Below are positions 56,801 to 64,000 of a stretch of DNA of 64,000 bases, piece after piece. The notes beneath the pieces are model-generated. The model searched no databases. It saw nothing but the letters and a program-made list of their open reading frames with translations, and had not been told where the DNA came from. The stretch comes from a virus. Taxonomy: Duplodnaviria; Heunggongvirae; Uroviricota; Caudoviricetes. The first letter of the stretch is position 1, and each line of letters opens with the position of its first letter. The DNA lies in the IMG/VR virus record IMGVR_UViG_3300033076_000972, positions 43,329-107,328 of that record; one strand, given 5' to 3'. The position numbers and the translations under genes are program-made.

Positions 56801-58345
56801 AACGGTGATAAAAATGACCCAAGAGTGTTGACTGATTTATCCTCAGGATTTTTCAGAACAAGTCTTGGTGTGGGAACATATAAGATTAAAGTTCTTAGTA
56901 CAATATTGGACCCTAATTATTTAGTAACATGCTCAAGAGTAGATAGTTTCGATGTTGTTATCAGTTATAAACCTGACCTCAGAAAAATAGATATGGGTTT
57001 TTGTTCTACTCGTCCTTGGCCATTTGATTTGAAAACAGTAATTACATCTGAAAGTTGGGGTGTTGTAAAAATCACTTATCCTGATGGGGAATTTTTTACA
57101 CCCACTCCAAAGGCAAAAGGGTATATTGGTGGATTTAATAATCCCTATAAATTCATGATGGTAGGTGAAAGTCAATATGGTTGTAAAGATACTGAAATAC
57201 TAAAACTCACTGTGATGAATCAACCTGAGATTAAATTTGTTCCACCATTTGTAAGTTGTGGTAAAGATACTTGGACTCTAAAATTGGATACTGCGAATAT
57301 TGACCCAGCAGTTAAATTTAGATGGGTTGTTAATACAGGTCTTTATGATACTTTAACACCTCCTGGTGGAGAAGTGATTGGTGGAAAATGGGGGTTTGGT
57401 AAAAAACAATATATTCCAGATAACAAAGATACCTCAAGGGGTTACTTCACGGTAAAATTCAAATCATGGAATGCACCTCTTTGTGCTAAAGTTATTGACT
57501 CTGTTAAAGTTTTAATAACACCTTATCCTGAACCAGACTTTATAACAACAAATGGGTGTCAACCACATTCTATAATGTTCACACCAACAGAAAAAAGAGG
57601 TATCAAATCGATGACTTATTCTTGGGGAATAAATGATACATTTTCACAAGGTGGTAATTCAAGTTGGTCAAAGACATTTACTGACGTTGGATATTACAGA
57701 ACATCTTTAAGTGCTGTCAATACAACATTTACTCCCGACAAAATATGTGGAACTGTGATTACTAAAACATTTGAGGTATATCCAAAACCATACGCAATAT
57801 TTAGTACTGACCCATTATATAAAACAACAATTGCTTTACCTAGATTTAAGACGATAAACTCATCAAGTGTTAGTCAAAATCCATTTATAACTAAATTGGA
57901 TTACAGTTGGAGTTGGGGAAAAACATTCAAAACGGGTACTGACTCTACCAAGTCACCAAACATTATATTTGGTAAAGATACAGGACTATATTGGATTAAG
58001 TTAGTAACGACTACAGATAAAGGGTGTAAAGATTCTACCATGACTCGTGTTGTTATTGGACCTGATATTATAATATTTGTCCCTGACGCATTCACACCTG
58101 ATAATGCTGGTCCAAATGAAAACAATACATTTATTCCAAAAGTTACTAATCATAAAACATTTTATATGGGTGTTTACAACCGCTGGGGTGAAAAATTGTA
58201 TGAAACAACTGACCTAACAAAAGGTTGGGATGGTAATTATTTAGGAAAATCAGCACAACAAGGGGTTTATGTATATAAAATTATTGTAACTTCAATGGAA
58301 GATAAGGTTTTTCAATATAACGGAACTTTTACATTACTTAGATAA
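53804..58345 (+). CDS. Giant secreted adhesin-like protein with a T9SS type-B (gliding-motility-associated) C-terminal domain
   Basis: Signal peptide MKKLLLFMMFLFSFLTVQA, then 1513 aa that are Cys/Thr/Asn-rich. The C-terminal FVPDAFTPDNAGPNENNTFIP…GVYNRWGEKLYETTDLTKGWDGNYLGKSAQQGVYVYKI matches the SprB-type CTD consensus (fsPNGDGiND…FNRWGekvf…gWDG…GvYyY). Confidence 0.8.
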   Translation: MKKLLLFMMFLFSFLTVQATHMMGADVSYKCLGNGKYKIIAKVYRDCRGVSMGTPSFGAYAGLNGGNGCGNYTLSGLSRVSIKDVTTRCSTTSNPCGSPNSAFANKGVEEHTFEATIDFNTSPLNNFVNKSTCCEVTFYVNECCRNGAISTGQASQNFYATAMINICNLQKMKDKCNSSPQLSNPPIAFLCCNQPWYYNNGAIDTIDYDSISYKLVNGLQGIPNSSVSYASPFTAKVPMTPYCVPPTTINCVPNPKTNPPRGFYFDTTNGDVITTPTKCDESAVICVEQTEWRKDTSGVWRVIGRTRRDMQVWVRDDCGYNKAPTLGPKFTYQVCEGETLKFKVESDDETFTPYQTTPDTTTMKWNAGIPGAKFTLANKSDWPEKRKSYAWFEWTPPIGSASDISYSFTVTVSDQHCEPPATSIRSFKIKVNPKPKSKRRYTQLKCGRFAMEAYEIYAASSYSWSVRDTLAKELFYSSKKTDTMNYYYEGKYIIVHKLTSAQSCVTIYSDTVYLTQPPKVILADADSFACYGTTFNLKAKVIAGKPTLKYKWNNGDTLDYTTIKNFKKDSTLMLEVTDGDGCKFRDTTKTFVKPLPVVSLGSDKVICTYETNTFDGQNNDTVKYLWSTGDTTRYMTTNLKGIYWVKITDTTYMCVKYDTAILVVNDTVISNAGPNQAICDKDTFILKATHNPFILTPTYTWGGLGNLSTYKLKSDITKSAYMFTLKTVITQNGHTCEDMDTIFVRVKPLPKISWNPKPLKPQCYSYGDIWMEPFLVKPHNFGTYEIWSGSKNKIGNIVTNPSNGRFLFNTQSLDNSKLQGGNNYTTKMYVKFNDTNGCYNIDSTTQVIYGTPLIQLKSATVCQNAKFLMMDNVRVRPATKNGVSMLWQVVRGPAGVDTSKLLMNISTNSTPNIMFWFGTGNSNYYKGKYTFRLTVKDVLTGCQSTDTVDINVAGEPVVSLKPLPIFCENSGVNINLFDYVDVSYVTGGIVTKKLSIQDVNGDKNDPRVLTDLSSGFFRTSLGVGTYKIKVLSTILDPNYLVTCSRVDSFDVVISYKPDLRKIDMGFCSTRPWPFDLKTVITSESWGVVKITYPDGEFFTPTPKAKGYIGGFNNPYKFMMVGESQYGCKDTEILKLTVMNQPEIKFVPPFVSCGKDTWTLKLDTANIDPAVKFRWVVNTGLYDTLTPPGGEVIGGKWGFGKKQYIPDNKDTSRGYFTVKFKSWNAPLCAKVIDSVKVLITPYPEPDFITTNGCQPHSIMFTPTEKRGIKSMTYSWGINDTFSQGGNSSWSKTFTDVGYYRTSLSAVNTTFTPDKICGTVITKTFEVYPKPYAIFSTDPLYKTTIALPRFKTINSSSVSQNPFITKLDYSWSWGKTFKTGTDSTKSPNIIFGKDTGLYWIKLVTTTDKGCKDSTMTRVVIGPDIIIFVPDAFTPDNAGPNENNTFIPKVTNHKTFYMGVYNRWGEKLYETTDLTKGWDGNYLGKSAQQGVYVYKIIVTSMEDKVFQYNGTFTLLR

Positions 58346-58346
58346 T

Positions 58347-58532
58347 ATGAAATTGATTAAAATTATTTTTTTGTGTATTTTATTAGTAGGGTGTGAAAAA
58401 GAACCAATTAACATAAACACTGAAAAACTTAAAAAATATCAAAGTGAAATTAAAACAACTCCTAAAAAAAATAGAAGAAAGTTTAAATTGGGTAAAAAGT
58501 CGTTCCATCTTTCAAAAATTCTAAAGAAATAA
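58347..58532 (+). CDS. Small lipoprotein
   Basis: Lipobox LLVGC (MKLIKIIFLCILLVGCEK), 61 aa, with a terminator after it. Confidence 0.45.
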   Translation: MKLIKIIFLCILLVGCEKEPININTEKLKKYQSEIKTTPKKNRRKFKLGKKSFHLSKILKK

Positions 58533-58535
58533 TTT

Positions 58536-58569
58536 AAAAACCCAAGATTTGATTATCTTGGGTTTTTTT
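58536..58569 (+). terminator. Intrinsic terminator
   Basis: AAAAACCCAAGATTTGATTATCTTGGGTTTTTTT. Confidence 0.75.
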
Positions 58570-58583
58570 ATTATAATAACTTC

Positions 58584-59264
58584 ATGAAAAAAAATATAAT
58601 AGGGATGATACTTTTAATCATTTTAGTAATTTTCTGTTTTATTAATATAAGTTCGAATTTATATTCAAAACCAAATTTACCAAATGATACCATAATTGTA
58701 ATACCAAAAGTTCAAGATACCGTTGTTGATATTAACGGAAAGTATGGAACTTTTATTGGTGATTCACACACATCAAATCATAATTCAGGATGGCAAGTTA
58801 TTGTTTGTAAAAAAACGGGTTTAAGAATGAACAATTTGTCTGTTTCAGGTAAAACAACAGGTTGGATGCTTGAAACTGCTAAAGTATCATTACACAAAGG
58901 TATTGATTATTGTTTTGTCTATGGTGGTGCCAATGATATGTATACAAAATCAATCACACCTAAAAGAGCGGTTTCAAATATTCAACAAATAGTTGATTTA
59001 TGTCACACATATAACATTCATTGTGTTGTTTTAACAGGTTTTGACCCGATTAAATGTACAAGAACATCAAATCCGGCTTATGGTCCAAGATACGCTCAAT
59101 TTCAAAAAATGTTAATGGATTCAATATCAGGTGCAACTGTTGTTGACACACGTGTAATTGATAGAACTGGATGTTGGGATGAATTATGTCATATGAATCC
59201 TGAAGGGCACAAAAAGATTGGGATGGAAGTAATTAAAACAATGAAATTTCATATTATCAAATAA
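58584..59264 (+). CDS. SGNH/GDSL-family hydrolase with an N-terminal signal anchor
   Basis: Block I FIGDSHT (GDS-x), block III GGANDM (G-x-ND) and block V DELCHMNPEGH (D-x-x-H). Hydrophobic N-terminus. Confidence 0.7.
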   Translation: MKKNIIGMILLIILVIFCFINISSNLYSKPNLPNDTIIVIPKVQDTVVDINGKYGTFIGDSHTSNHNSGWQVIVCKKTGLRMNNLSVSGKTTGWMLETAKVSLHKGIDYCFVYGGANDMYTKSITPKRAVSNIQQIVDLCHTYNIHCVVLTGFDPIKCTRTSNPAYGPRYAQFQKMLMDSISGATVVDTRVIDRTGCWDELCHMNPEGHKKIGMEVIKTMKFHIIK

Positions 59265-59270
59265 TTTTAT

Positions 59271-59278
59271 TATCTTTG
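59271..59278 (+). promoter_or_regulatory. -7 box TATCTTTG (no clear -33 TTG) directly upstream of the RNA ligase gene
   Basis: The motif sits 5 nt before the GTG at 59283. Confidence 0.3.
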
Positions 59279-59282
59279 TACT

Positions 59283-60317
59283 GTGTTACCTAAACTGAAC
59301 AAATATCATAATGATGGACTGTTATATAAACAGACACACCCAACATTACCGTTAACTATATGGAACTACACACCTGCGGTTCAATACGGTGAAAAATGGG
59401 ATGAAGTTACCTTGGCTTGTAGAGGTTTAGTTACTGACAACGAAGGTAATATTGTTGCAAGACCATTTAAAAAATTCTTCAATATAGAGGAAAACAAACA
59501 CACACCTACCCAAGATTTTGAAGTTTTTGAAAAAATGGATGGTTCTTTGGGTATTATATTCAAATACAATGGTGAAGTGATTTACGCAACTCGTGGTTCA
59601 TTCACATCTGACCAGGCGAAATGGATGGAAAACTACTGTAAAGAATATAACTTCAAAGATATATTAGTTGAAGGATTTACCTACCTATTTGAAATTATCT
59701 ATCCTGAAAACCGTATTGTTGTTGACTATGAAGGTCAAGAAAGATTGGTTTTACTCGGTATAATTAAAACTGAAACAGGTGAAGAAATACCGTATGATGA
59801 TATTGTGGTTGCGCCTTGGGATATTGTAGAAAAATATGATGGTATTCGGGATTATTCCGAATTAAAGAATAAAGTTTTACAAAATCATGAGGGATTTGTA
59901 GTTCGTTTTTCTAATGGAGACCGAATGAAAATCAAAGGTGAGGAATATCTACGTCTACATAAAATAATGACCAATATATCAACTACTGGTGTATGGGAAC
60001 ACTTATCAAAAGGTGGTGATATAAATGATTTACTCAAAGACGTACCTGATGAATTTTACAAGAAAGTAAAAGAATATGCGGATTTACTTAAGTATGGTTA
60101 TTATCAAGTTTCTGAATATTGTGGAAAAGCTCACGACTATTTCCGATATGGAAAGTATAATGATAGAGAAGTAGAACCAACTAAAAAACAATTTGCAGAC
60201 CACGTTATGAATTATGGTCATCCACCATATAGAGCAGTAATGTTTGCAATGTGGGATAAAAAACCTTATGATAAATTGATATGGAACATATTAAAACCGG
60301 AATTTAAAAAACTATAA
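59283..60317 (+). CDS. ATP-dependent RNA ligase, Rnl1 family (T4 RnlA-like)
   Basis: Motif I FEKMDGSLG (K-x-DGSL), motif IV HEGFVVRF and motif V MKIKGEEY. The N-terminal stretch ACRGLV…RPFKKFFNIEEN parallels T4 Rnl1 ECRGIMF…RPMEKFFNLNEN. The only in-frame start is GTG. Confidence 0.75.
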   Translation: MLPKLNKYHNDGLLYKQTHPTLPLTIWNYTPAVQYGEKWDEVTLACRGLVTDNEGNIVARPFKKFFNIEENKHTPTQDFEVFEKMDGSLGIIFKYNGEVIYATRGSFTSDQAKWMENYCKEYNFKDILVEGFTYLFEIIYPENRIVVDYEGQERLVLLGIIKTETGEEIPYDDIVVAPWDIVEKYDGIRDYSELKNKVLQNHEGFVVRFSNGDRMKIKGEEYLRLHKIMTNISTTGVWEHLSKGGDINDLLKDVPDEFYKKVKEYADLLKYGYYQVSEYCGKAHDYFRYGKYNDREVEPTKKQFADHVMNYGHPPYRAVMFAMWDKKPYDKLIWNILKPEFKKL

Positions 60318-60321
60318 AATT

Positions 60322-60591
60322 ATGCCAGATTTTACATCAGAAATTGAAATTGACGTTGAGGAGTTTTGGGACGAGTGCTCAAGACATGAACGTGAAGAAT
60401 TAGTTGACCTTTTAGAAGAACAAGGATATGTTAAAAGAGCTATCCCTAAAGGTGTTAAACCATCTCATTACACACCAAACTTAATGGAAATTGAGTGGAA
60501 TGAAACTATGGATAAGTTATCACAATTAAGATTACGAATTACTCGTGATGAAGAAGAAATTATAAAAGCATTGGTAAAAAAATATCTATGA
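60322..60591 (+). CDS. Hypothetical protein
   Basis: ORF. Confidence 0.4.
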   Translation: MPDFTSEIEIDVEEFWDECSRHEREELVDLLEEQGYVKRAIPKGVKPSHYTPNLMEIEWNETMDKLSQLRLRITRDEEEIIKALVKKYL

Positions 60592-60965
60592 GAAACTCAA
60601 AAACATATTACTCAGAAAAGAGTGAAAAAAACGAATTTTTGGAAATCTATTGGGTTAAAGATAAATACATCCCTAAAGAATACCAAGAGCTAACGGTTAA
60701 TTTAAATGGTAGTTATCACAGCTATGACATAAATAATTTTAATAGGTACACTATTGAGTCAATATCAAGAGGTTATATCCAAAATGTAACTTTTGGCGAT
60801 AAGTGGATTACCGATACTGAGTTTGTTAAAAAATTTACAAAAATATTGATACCAATCGTTGAGGAATTTAAAAAAGATGTTGAATACCGTTATTCACTTG
60901 ATGGATGGATTGGTAGAATTTTTATAGAACCTGTTGAGAATTTTTTTGACTGGTTAAAAAAATAG
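60588..60965 (+). CDS. Hypothetical protein
   Basis: ORF with an ATGA overlap. Confidence 0.4.
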   Translation: MRNSKTYYSEKSEKNEFLEIYWVKDKYIPKEYQELTVNLNGSYHSYDINNFNRYTIESISRGYIQNVTFGDKWITDTEFVKKFTKILIPIVEEFKKDVEYRYSLDGWIGRIFIEPVENFFDWLKK

Positions 60966-60981
60966 TTGTATATTTGAAGAC

Positions 60982-61239
60982 ATGTTAAAGAAATTTTATA
61001 ACCTCGAGTTTGGATTACAGATGCTAATTACAGCATTAGTACTGTTTTTCAGTAATCAACTGACAACTTATACATTAAGTATGTGTAACCTACCAAGTAC
61101 CATTATTGTAAATCTTGGATTAATTCTAACTTTTGTAATATTTTTAATTCAAACAATTGCAATCTTTGTTGGAATCAAAGCAATTATTAATTACGTAAAA
61201 CAAACAAAAACAAAAAATAACGATGAGCAATCTAACTAA
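60982..61239 (+). CDS. Small membrane protein (two TM helices)
   Basis: Hydrophobic segments ITALVLFFS and LILTFVIFLIQTIAIFVGI. Confidence 0.4.
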   Translation: MLKKFYNLEFGLQMLITALVLFFSNQLTTYTLSMCNLPSTIIVNLGLILTFVIFLIQTIAIFVGIKAIINYVKQTKTKNNDEQSN

Positions 61240-62077
61240 ACTTTTAATCGGAGTATCGGCATTGGTACTTTTGATTTTCGGATTCACAGGATGTGAACGA
61301 ATTGACGCAGGACACGTAGGTGTTAAAGTAAATCTTTATGGTGATGGTAAAGGTGTGGACGATGTAACTGAGGTTACGGGATGGGTATTGTATAACCCAA
61401 TCTCAACCAAAATTGTCGAGTTCCCAACTTACGTTCAACACAAAGAATATAAGAAAACTGAAGATGGTATTGACGAATCTTTTGTAGTAAACTCTAAAGA
61501 TGGTTCTGAATTTCATTGTTCTCCAATGGTGAACTACGCTGTAAAACGTGAGAAGGTTCCATATATCTTTGCAAAGTATCGTGTTGAGTTGGACCGAATT
61601 GAATCGGGTTTCTTGAAGACATCTATATTTGACGCATTCCGTGTGGTAGCCAACAGTTATACTGCGGACGCACTTATATCTAATCGACAGGAATTTGAAA
61701 TCAAAGTACGACAGGTATTGGAAAAACAACTCGCACCTGAAGGTTTTATATTACAACAATTTACATCAAACTTGGTTTACCCTGAAACGTTTAAAAAGGC
61801 AATTGAAGCTAAGAACAACGCAGTACAGTCGGCACTTATGGCGGAAAATCAGGTTAAAACTGCTGAAGCACAGGCAAGAATTAAAATTGCAACCGCAGAA
61901 GGTAACGCACAGGCTTTATTGACAAACGCAAGAGCTGAGGCGGAATCTAACAAGTTGAGACAACAAACTTTAACACCGTTGTTACTTCAACAAATGTGGA
62001 TTGAGAAATGGCAAGGAAGTGTACCAAGTACTGTACTTGGAAGTGGTCAAAACTTAATGTTTGGATTGAACAAATGA
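61223..62077 (+). CDS. SPFH/band-7 (prohibitin / HflC-like) lipoprotein
   Basis: Lipobox LLIFGFTGC. The IDAGHVGVKVNLYG stretch marks the SPFH domain start, and the C-terminal coiled coil AEAQARIKIATAEGNAQALLTNARAEAESNKLRQ is typical of HflK/C and prohibitins. Confidence 0.55.
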   Translation: MSNLTKLLIGVSALVLLIFGFTGCERIDAGHVGVKVNLYGDGKGVDDVTEVTGWVLYNPISTKIVEFPTYVQHKEYKKTEDGIDESFVVNSKDGSEFHCSPMVNYAVKREKVPYIFAKYRVELDRIESGFLKTSIFDAFRVVANSYTADALISNRQEFEIKVRQVLEKQLAPEGFILQQFTSNLVYPETFKKAIEAKNNAVQSALMAENQVKTAEAQARIKIATAEGNAQALLTNARAEAESNKLRQQTLTPLLLQQMWIEKWQGSVPSTVLGSGQNLMFGLNK

Positions 62078-62295
62078 TAAACGTCTATTTACCATACTTA
62101 AATGATTTCTTTGATGAAATGGAATCGGCTCAAGAATCTTGGGACAAAAAGATTGAAGAAGTCAAAAGAGAATATTTTGAGGTAACGCCAAATCTTCCTC
62201 GTAAACAAAAAAAGAGACGAAGAAAGGAATTGAATGAAGAATATCGTTTTTTGGTAAGTATAAAAGATTATCAAGCAAACATGTTTACTTATTAA
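62074..62295 (+). CDS. Small basic hypothetical protein
   Basis: An ATGA overlap with the SPFH gene's stop is preferred over the longer 62008 start. A terminator follows. Confidence 0.4.
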   Translation: MINVYLPYLNDFFDEMESAQESWDKKIEEVKREYFEVTPNLPRKQKKRRRKELNEEYRFLVSIKDYQANMFTY

Positions 62296-62334
62296 AATAA
62301 TTAACCCGAGACTTTGTTATCTCGGGTTTTTTTT
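62296..62334 (+). terminator. Intrinsic terminator
   Basis: CCCGAGACTTTGTTATCTCGGG hairpin followed by T8. Confidence 0.75.
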
Positions 62335-62351
62335 ATTATATTTGTGGTAAT

Positions 62352-62528
62352 ATGGAACTATTATATATTGTACTTGGAACGTGGATTGGAATAGTTTTTA
62401 CTTATTTTCAATGGTACAGACCTATGGATGAAAAAATCAAAAACCTTGAAGAAGGAATTCACGATTGTATTAAAGCGGGTTTGATGGGACCAACAAACGG
62501 TGGTTCTGTCGATAAAGACATGGATTAA
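62352..62528 (+). CDS. Small membrane protein (58 aa, single TM; holin-like size)
   Basis: MELLYIVLGTWIGIVFTYFQW is one hydrophobic helix, followed by a charged tail. It is below the cutoff of the ORF track, and its stop abuts the next gene. Confidence 0.3.
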   Translation: MELLYIVLGTWIGIVFTYFQWYRPMDEKIKNLEEGIHDCIKAGLMGPTNGGSVDKDMD

Positions 62529-62532
62529 AATT

Positions 62533-62994
62533 ATGATAACATTTCAGGAAATTGAACGTAAGTTTTTATTAAAACGGTTCCCACGTCTTGCAAAAATTAA
62601 TACGGTATATCAAATCGAACAATGGTACCATGCCGATGGGTTTAGGTATAGACATCAACTTGAAATCACAACCGGTGATATCAAGATATTCAAGACAAAA
62701 AAAACCAACATTTCAAAAGGGGTAAACCAAGAAGAAGAAACTATTTTAAGCCAAAATGAGTTTCAACAACTTGATTTGGCAAATTCTCTTCATATTAAAA
62801 AGACAAGAACTGTTGTAAAACACAAAGGACACAAATTAGAAATTGATAAATACGAAGGTATGAACATTGTCATTATGGAAATCGAACTTGGTGACATTAA
62901 TGAAAAATACTCACTACCAAAATATATCGAAAAAGAAATTTTATACGAGGTGACGGGTATTAAAGAATTTAGTAATAAAAGTTTAGCAGAATGA
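62533..62994 (+). CDS. CYTH-domain protein (triphosphate tunnel metalloenzyme, CyaB / ThTPase-like)
   Basis: The N-terminal EIERKFLL is the defining ExExK motif of the CYTH fold. Length (153 aa) and downstream acidic residues fit this family. Confidence 0.6.
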   Translation: MITFQEIERKFLLKRFPRLAKINTVYQIEQWYHADGFRYRHQLEITTGDIKIFKTKKTNISKGVNQEEETILSQNEFQQLDLANSLHIKKTRTVVKHKGHKLEIDKYEGMNIVIMEIELGDINEKYSLPKYIEKEILYEVTGIKEFSNKSLAE

Positions 62995-63085
62995 GAAAAA
63001 TAGTAGACAAATTCATTATTTTTTTACTATGTTTAATACCGGGACCAATAATAATGCGGTTCATAAGAAATAATAAAAAAGACAA

Positions 63086-63406
63086 TTGGTTAATATGACA
63101 AACGAAGAATGGGTTGAAGAATTGTATCATTTGGCAAATGATATTGGGGTGTTTAATGAAATGCATCCAAAAATTGATGAATTAAAAAAGAAACATAACG
63201 ATTTAAGTCACACTGAATTGGTGGAATTGGCATATATCGAGTTAAAACGAAAGTATGAAGAATCAATTTCAAATGAAGAATTGATTAAAAACTCATATAT
63301 AAAATATGCTGTTAATGAAATTACCGACAACACAATGACACAAGGTGAATTTTTAAAAAAAATAGTTACAGATAAAAAATTTAGAGCAAAACATTTACAT
63401 GAATAA
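63086..63406 (+). CDS. Hypothetical protein
   Basis: ORF. Confidence 0.4.
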   Translation: MVNMTNEEWVEELYHLANDIGVFNEMHPKIDELKKKHNDLSHTELVELAYIELKRKYEESISNEELIKNSYIKYAVNEITDNTMTQGEFLKKIVTDKKFRAKHLHE

Positions 63407-64000
63407 TTTAGATAAACAATACCAAGACTTGCTCCAATCCATTTTGGATTATGGTGTAGAAAAAAAAGACCGTACAGGTACAGGAACTAAATCTATTTTT
63501 GGTTATACAATCCGTCATAAAATGTCTGATGGGTTTCCATTACTTACAACCAAGAAAATGGCTTGGAAGACAATGGTGACTGAGTTACTTTGGTTTTTAA
63601 GAGGTGATACTAATATTAAATTCTTAGTTGATAATGATTGTCATATTTGGGATGGTGATGCGTATAAAGCGTATCTAGAATGTGAAAAAAATAATTCAAA
63701 AAAAGAGTATTTAGGTAGCAAATGTTCTTTATGTGGTAATATATCGAACCATGATACGGACTATCCTAATGAATATGATACTAATTGTATTCATTGTGGT
63801 AAAGAAGATGAATGGGAACACCAATATAAAAATTTACCTTCTTTAACTCAAGAAGAATTTATCAACAAAATCAAAACAGATGATGAGTTTGCTAAGAAGT
63901 GGGGTGAGTTAGGACCAATTTATGGTAAACAATGGAGAAGTTGGGATGCTCATAATAAATACGATATTGACCCAACACCAGTAGACCAAATATCAAACCT
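63399..64000 (+). CDS. thyA: Thymidylate synthase family protein (ThyA, or a dNMP hydroxymethylase homolog), N-terminal part; the 3' end lies outside the window
   Basis: [53 protein letters not shown] and [12 protein letters not shown] are ThyA hallmarks. A Cys4-containing insertion of about 60 aa lies between them. The frame is open to the window end. Confidence 0.8.
   Translation, partial: MNNLDKQYQDLLQSILDYGVEKKDRTGTGTKSIFGYTIRHKMSDGFPLLTTKKMAWKTMVTELLWFLRGDTNIKFLVDNDCHIWDGDAYKAYLECEKNNSKKEYLGSKCSLCGNISNHDTDYPNEYDTNCIHCGKEDEWEHQYKNLPSLTQEEFINKIKTDDEFAKKWGELGPIYGKQWRSWDAHNKYDIDPTPVDQISN

Noticed and set aside
52872-59264. Possibility that the T9SS island marks a prophage-host junction
   Set aside because: No integrase, att-like direct repeat or tRNA-3' fragment flanks it. 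Phage genes with the same promoter motif lie on both sides, and base composition looks uniform by eye. It is treated as phage cargo, though a composition analysis should confirm this.
62008-62295. Longer 95-aa version of the small basic ORF, starting at 62008
   Set aside because: It would overlap the SPFH gene by 70 nt. An ATG at 62074 forms an ATGA overlap with the SPFH stop, so the shorter version is preferred.

Overview
This window is AT-rich and densely coded, and it reads as part of a large tailed-phage genome whose host is a Bacteroidetes (Flavobacteriia-type) bacterium. It is not a chromosomal region. Three things point to that host: the promoter TTG-N19/20-TATCTTTG recurs at least seven times, two proteins carry T9SS C-terminal sorting domains, and a ribosomal protein bS21 gene is present. 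Coding density is close to 95%, mostly in long same-strand blocks with ATGA/TAATG overlaps, separated by GC-hairpin/T-run bidirectional terminators.

Gene content, in order:
- 1-12.1 kb, + strand: nucleotide metabolism (a DEDDy exonuclease fragment, dUTPase, a HAD phosphatase), then a large glycosyltransferase / SAM-methyltransferase / kinase-like sugar-modification cluster and PhoH.
- 12-19.4 kb, + strand: large uncharacterised, probably virion proteins.
- 19.4-35.5 kb, - strand: a morphogenesis block in T4-like order (large terminase, portal, core proteins, protease candidate, acidic scaffold, major capsid). A + strand bS21 gene (rpsU-like) is embedded in it. It also holds several low-complexity repeat proteins and a nucleotidyltransferase-fold protein.
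- 35.5-41.2 kb: a divergent pair made of a UVR-motif protein and a ClpC-like double-AAA+ unfoldase with a VGF ClpP-docking loop, then an M20-like metallopeptidase and a 716-aa protein of unknown function.
- 41.2-44.6 kb, the most striking RNA locus: a phage tmRNA with an unusual 21-residue tag, two paralogous genes behind a duplicated promoter cassette, a free-standing HNH endonuclease, and a tRNA-Leu(UAA) gene. That tRNA is interrupted at the canonical U34/A35 site by a 693-nt group I intron carrying a second HNH homing endonuclease.
- 44.6-51.3 kb, - strand: unknown large proteins, several with tandem repeats.
- 51.8-64 kb, + strand: an RNA end-healing/sealing set (metallophosphoesterase plus P-loop kinase, an Rnl1-family RNA ligase, a CYTH protein). 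A T9SS-cargo island sits inside it (a type-A CTD protein, a 1513-aa type-B CTD adhesin, a lipoprotein and an SGNH hydrolase). It ends with an SPFH protein, small membrane proteins and a ThyA-family gene with a Cys4 insertion.

No CRISPR array, integrase or att site is visible.
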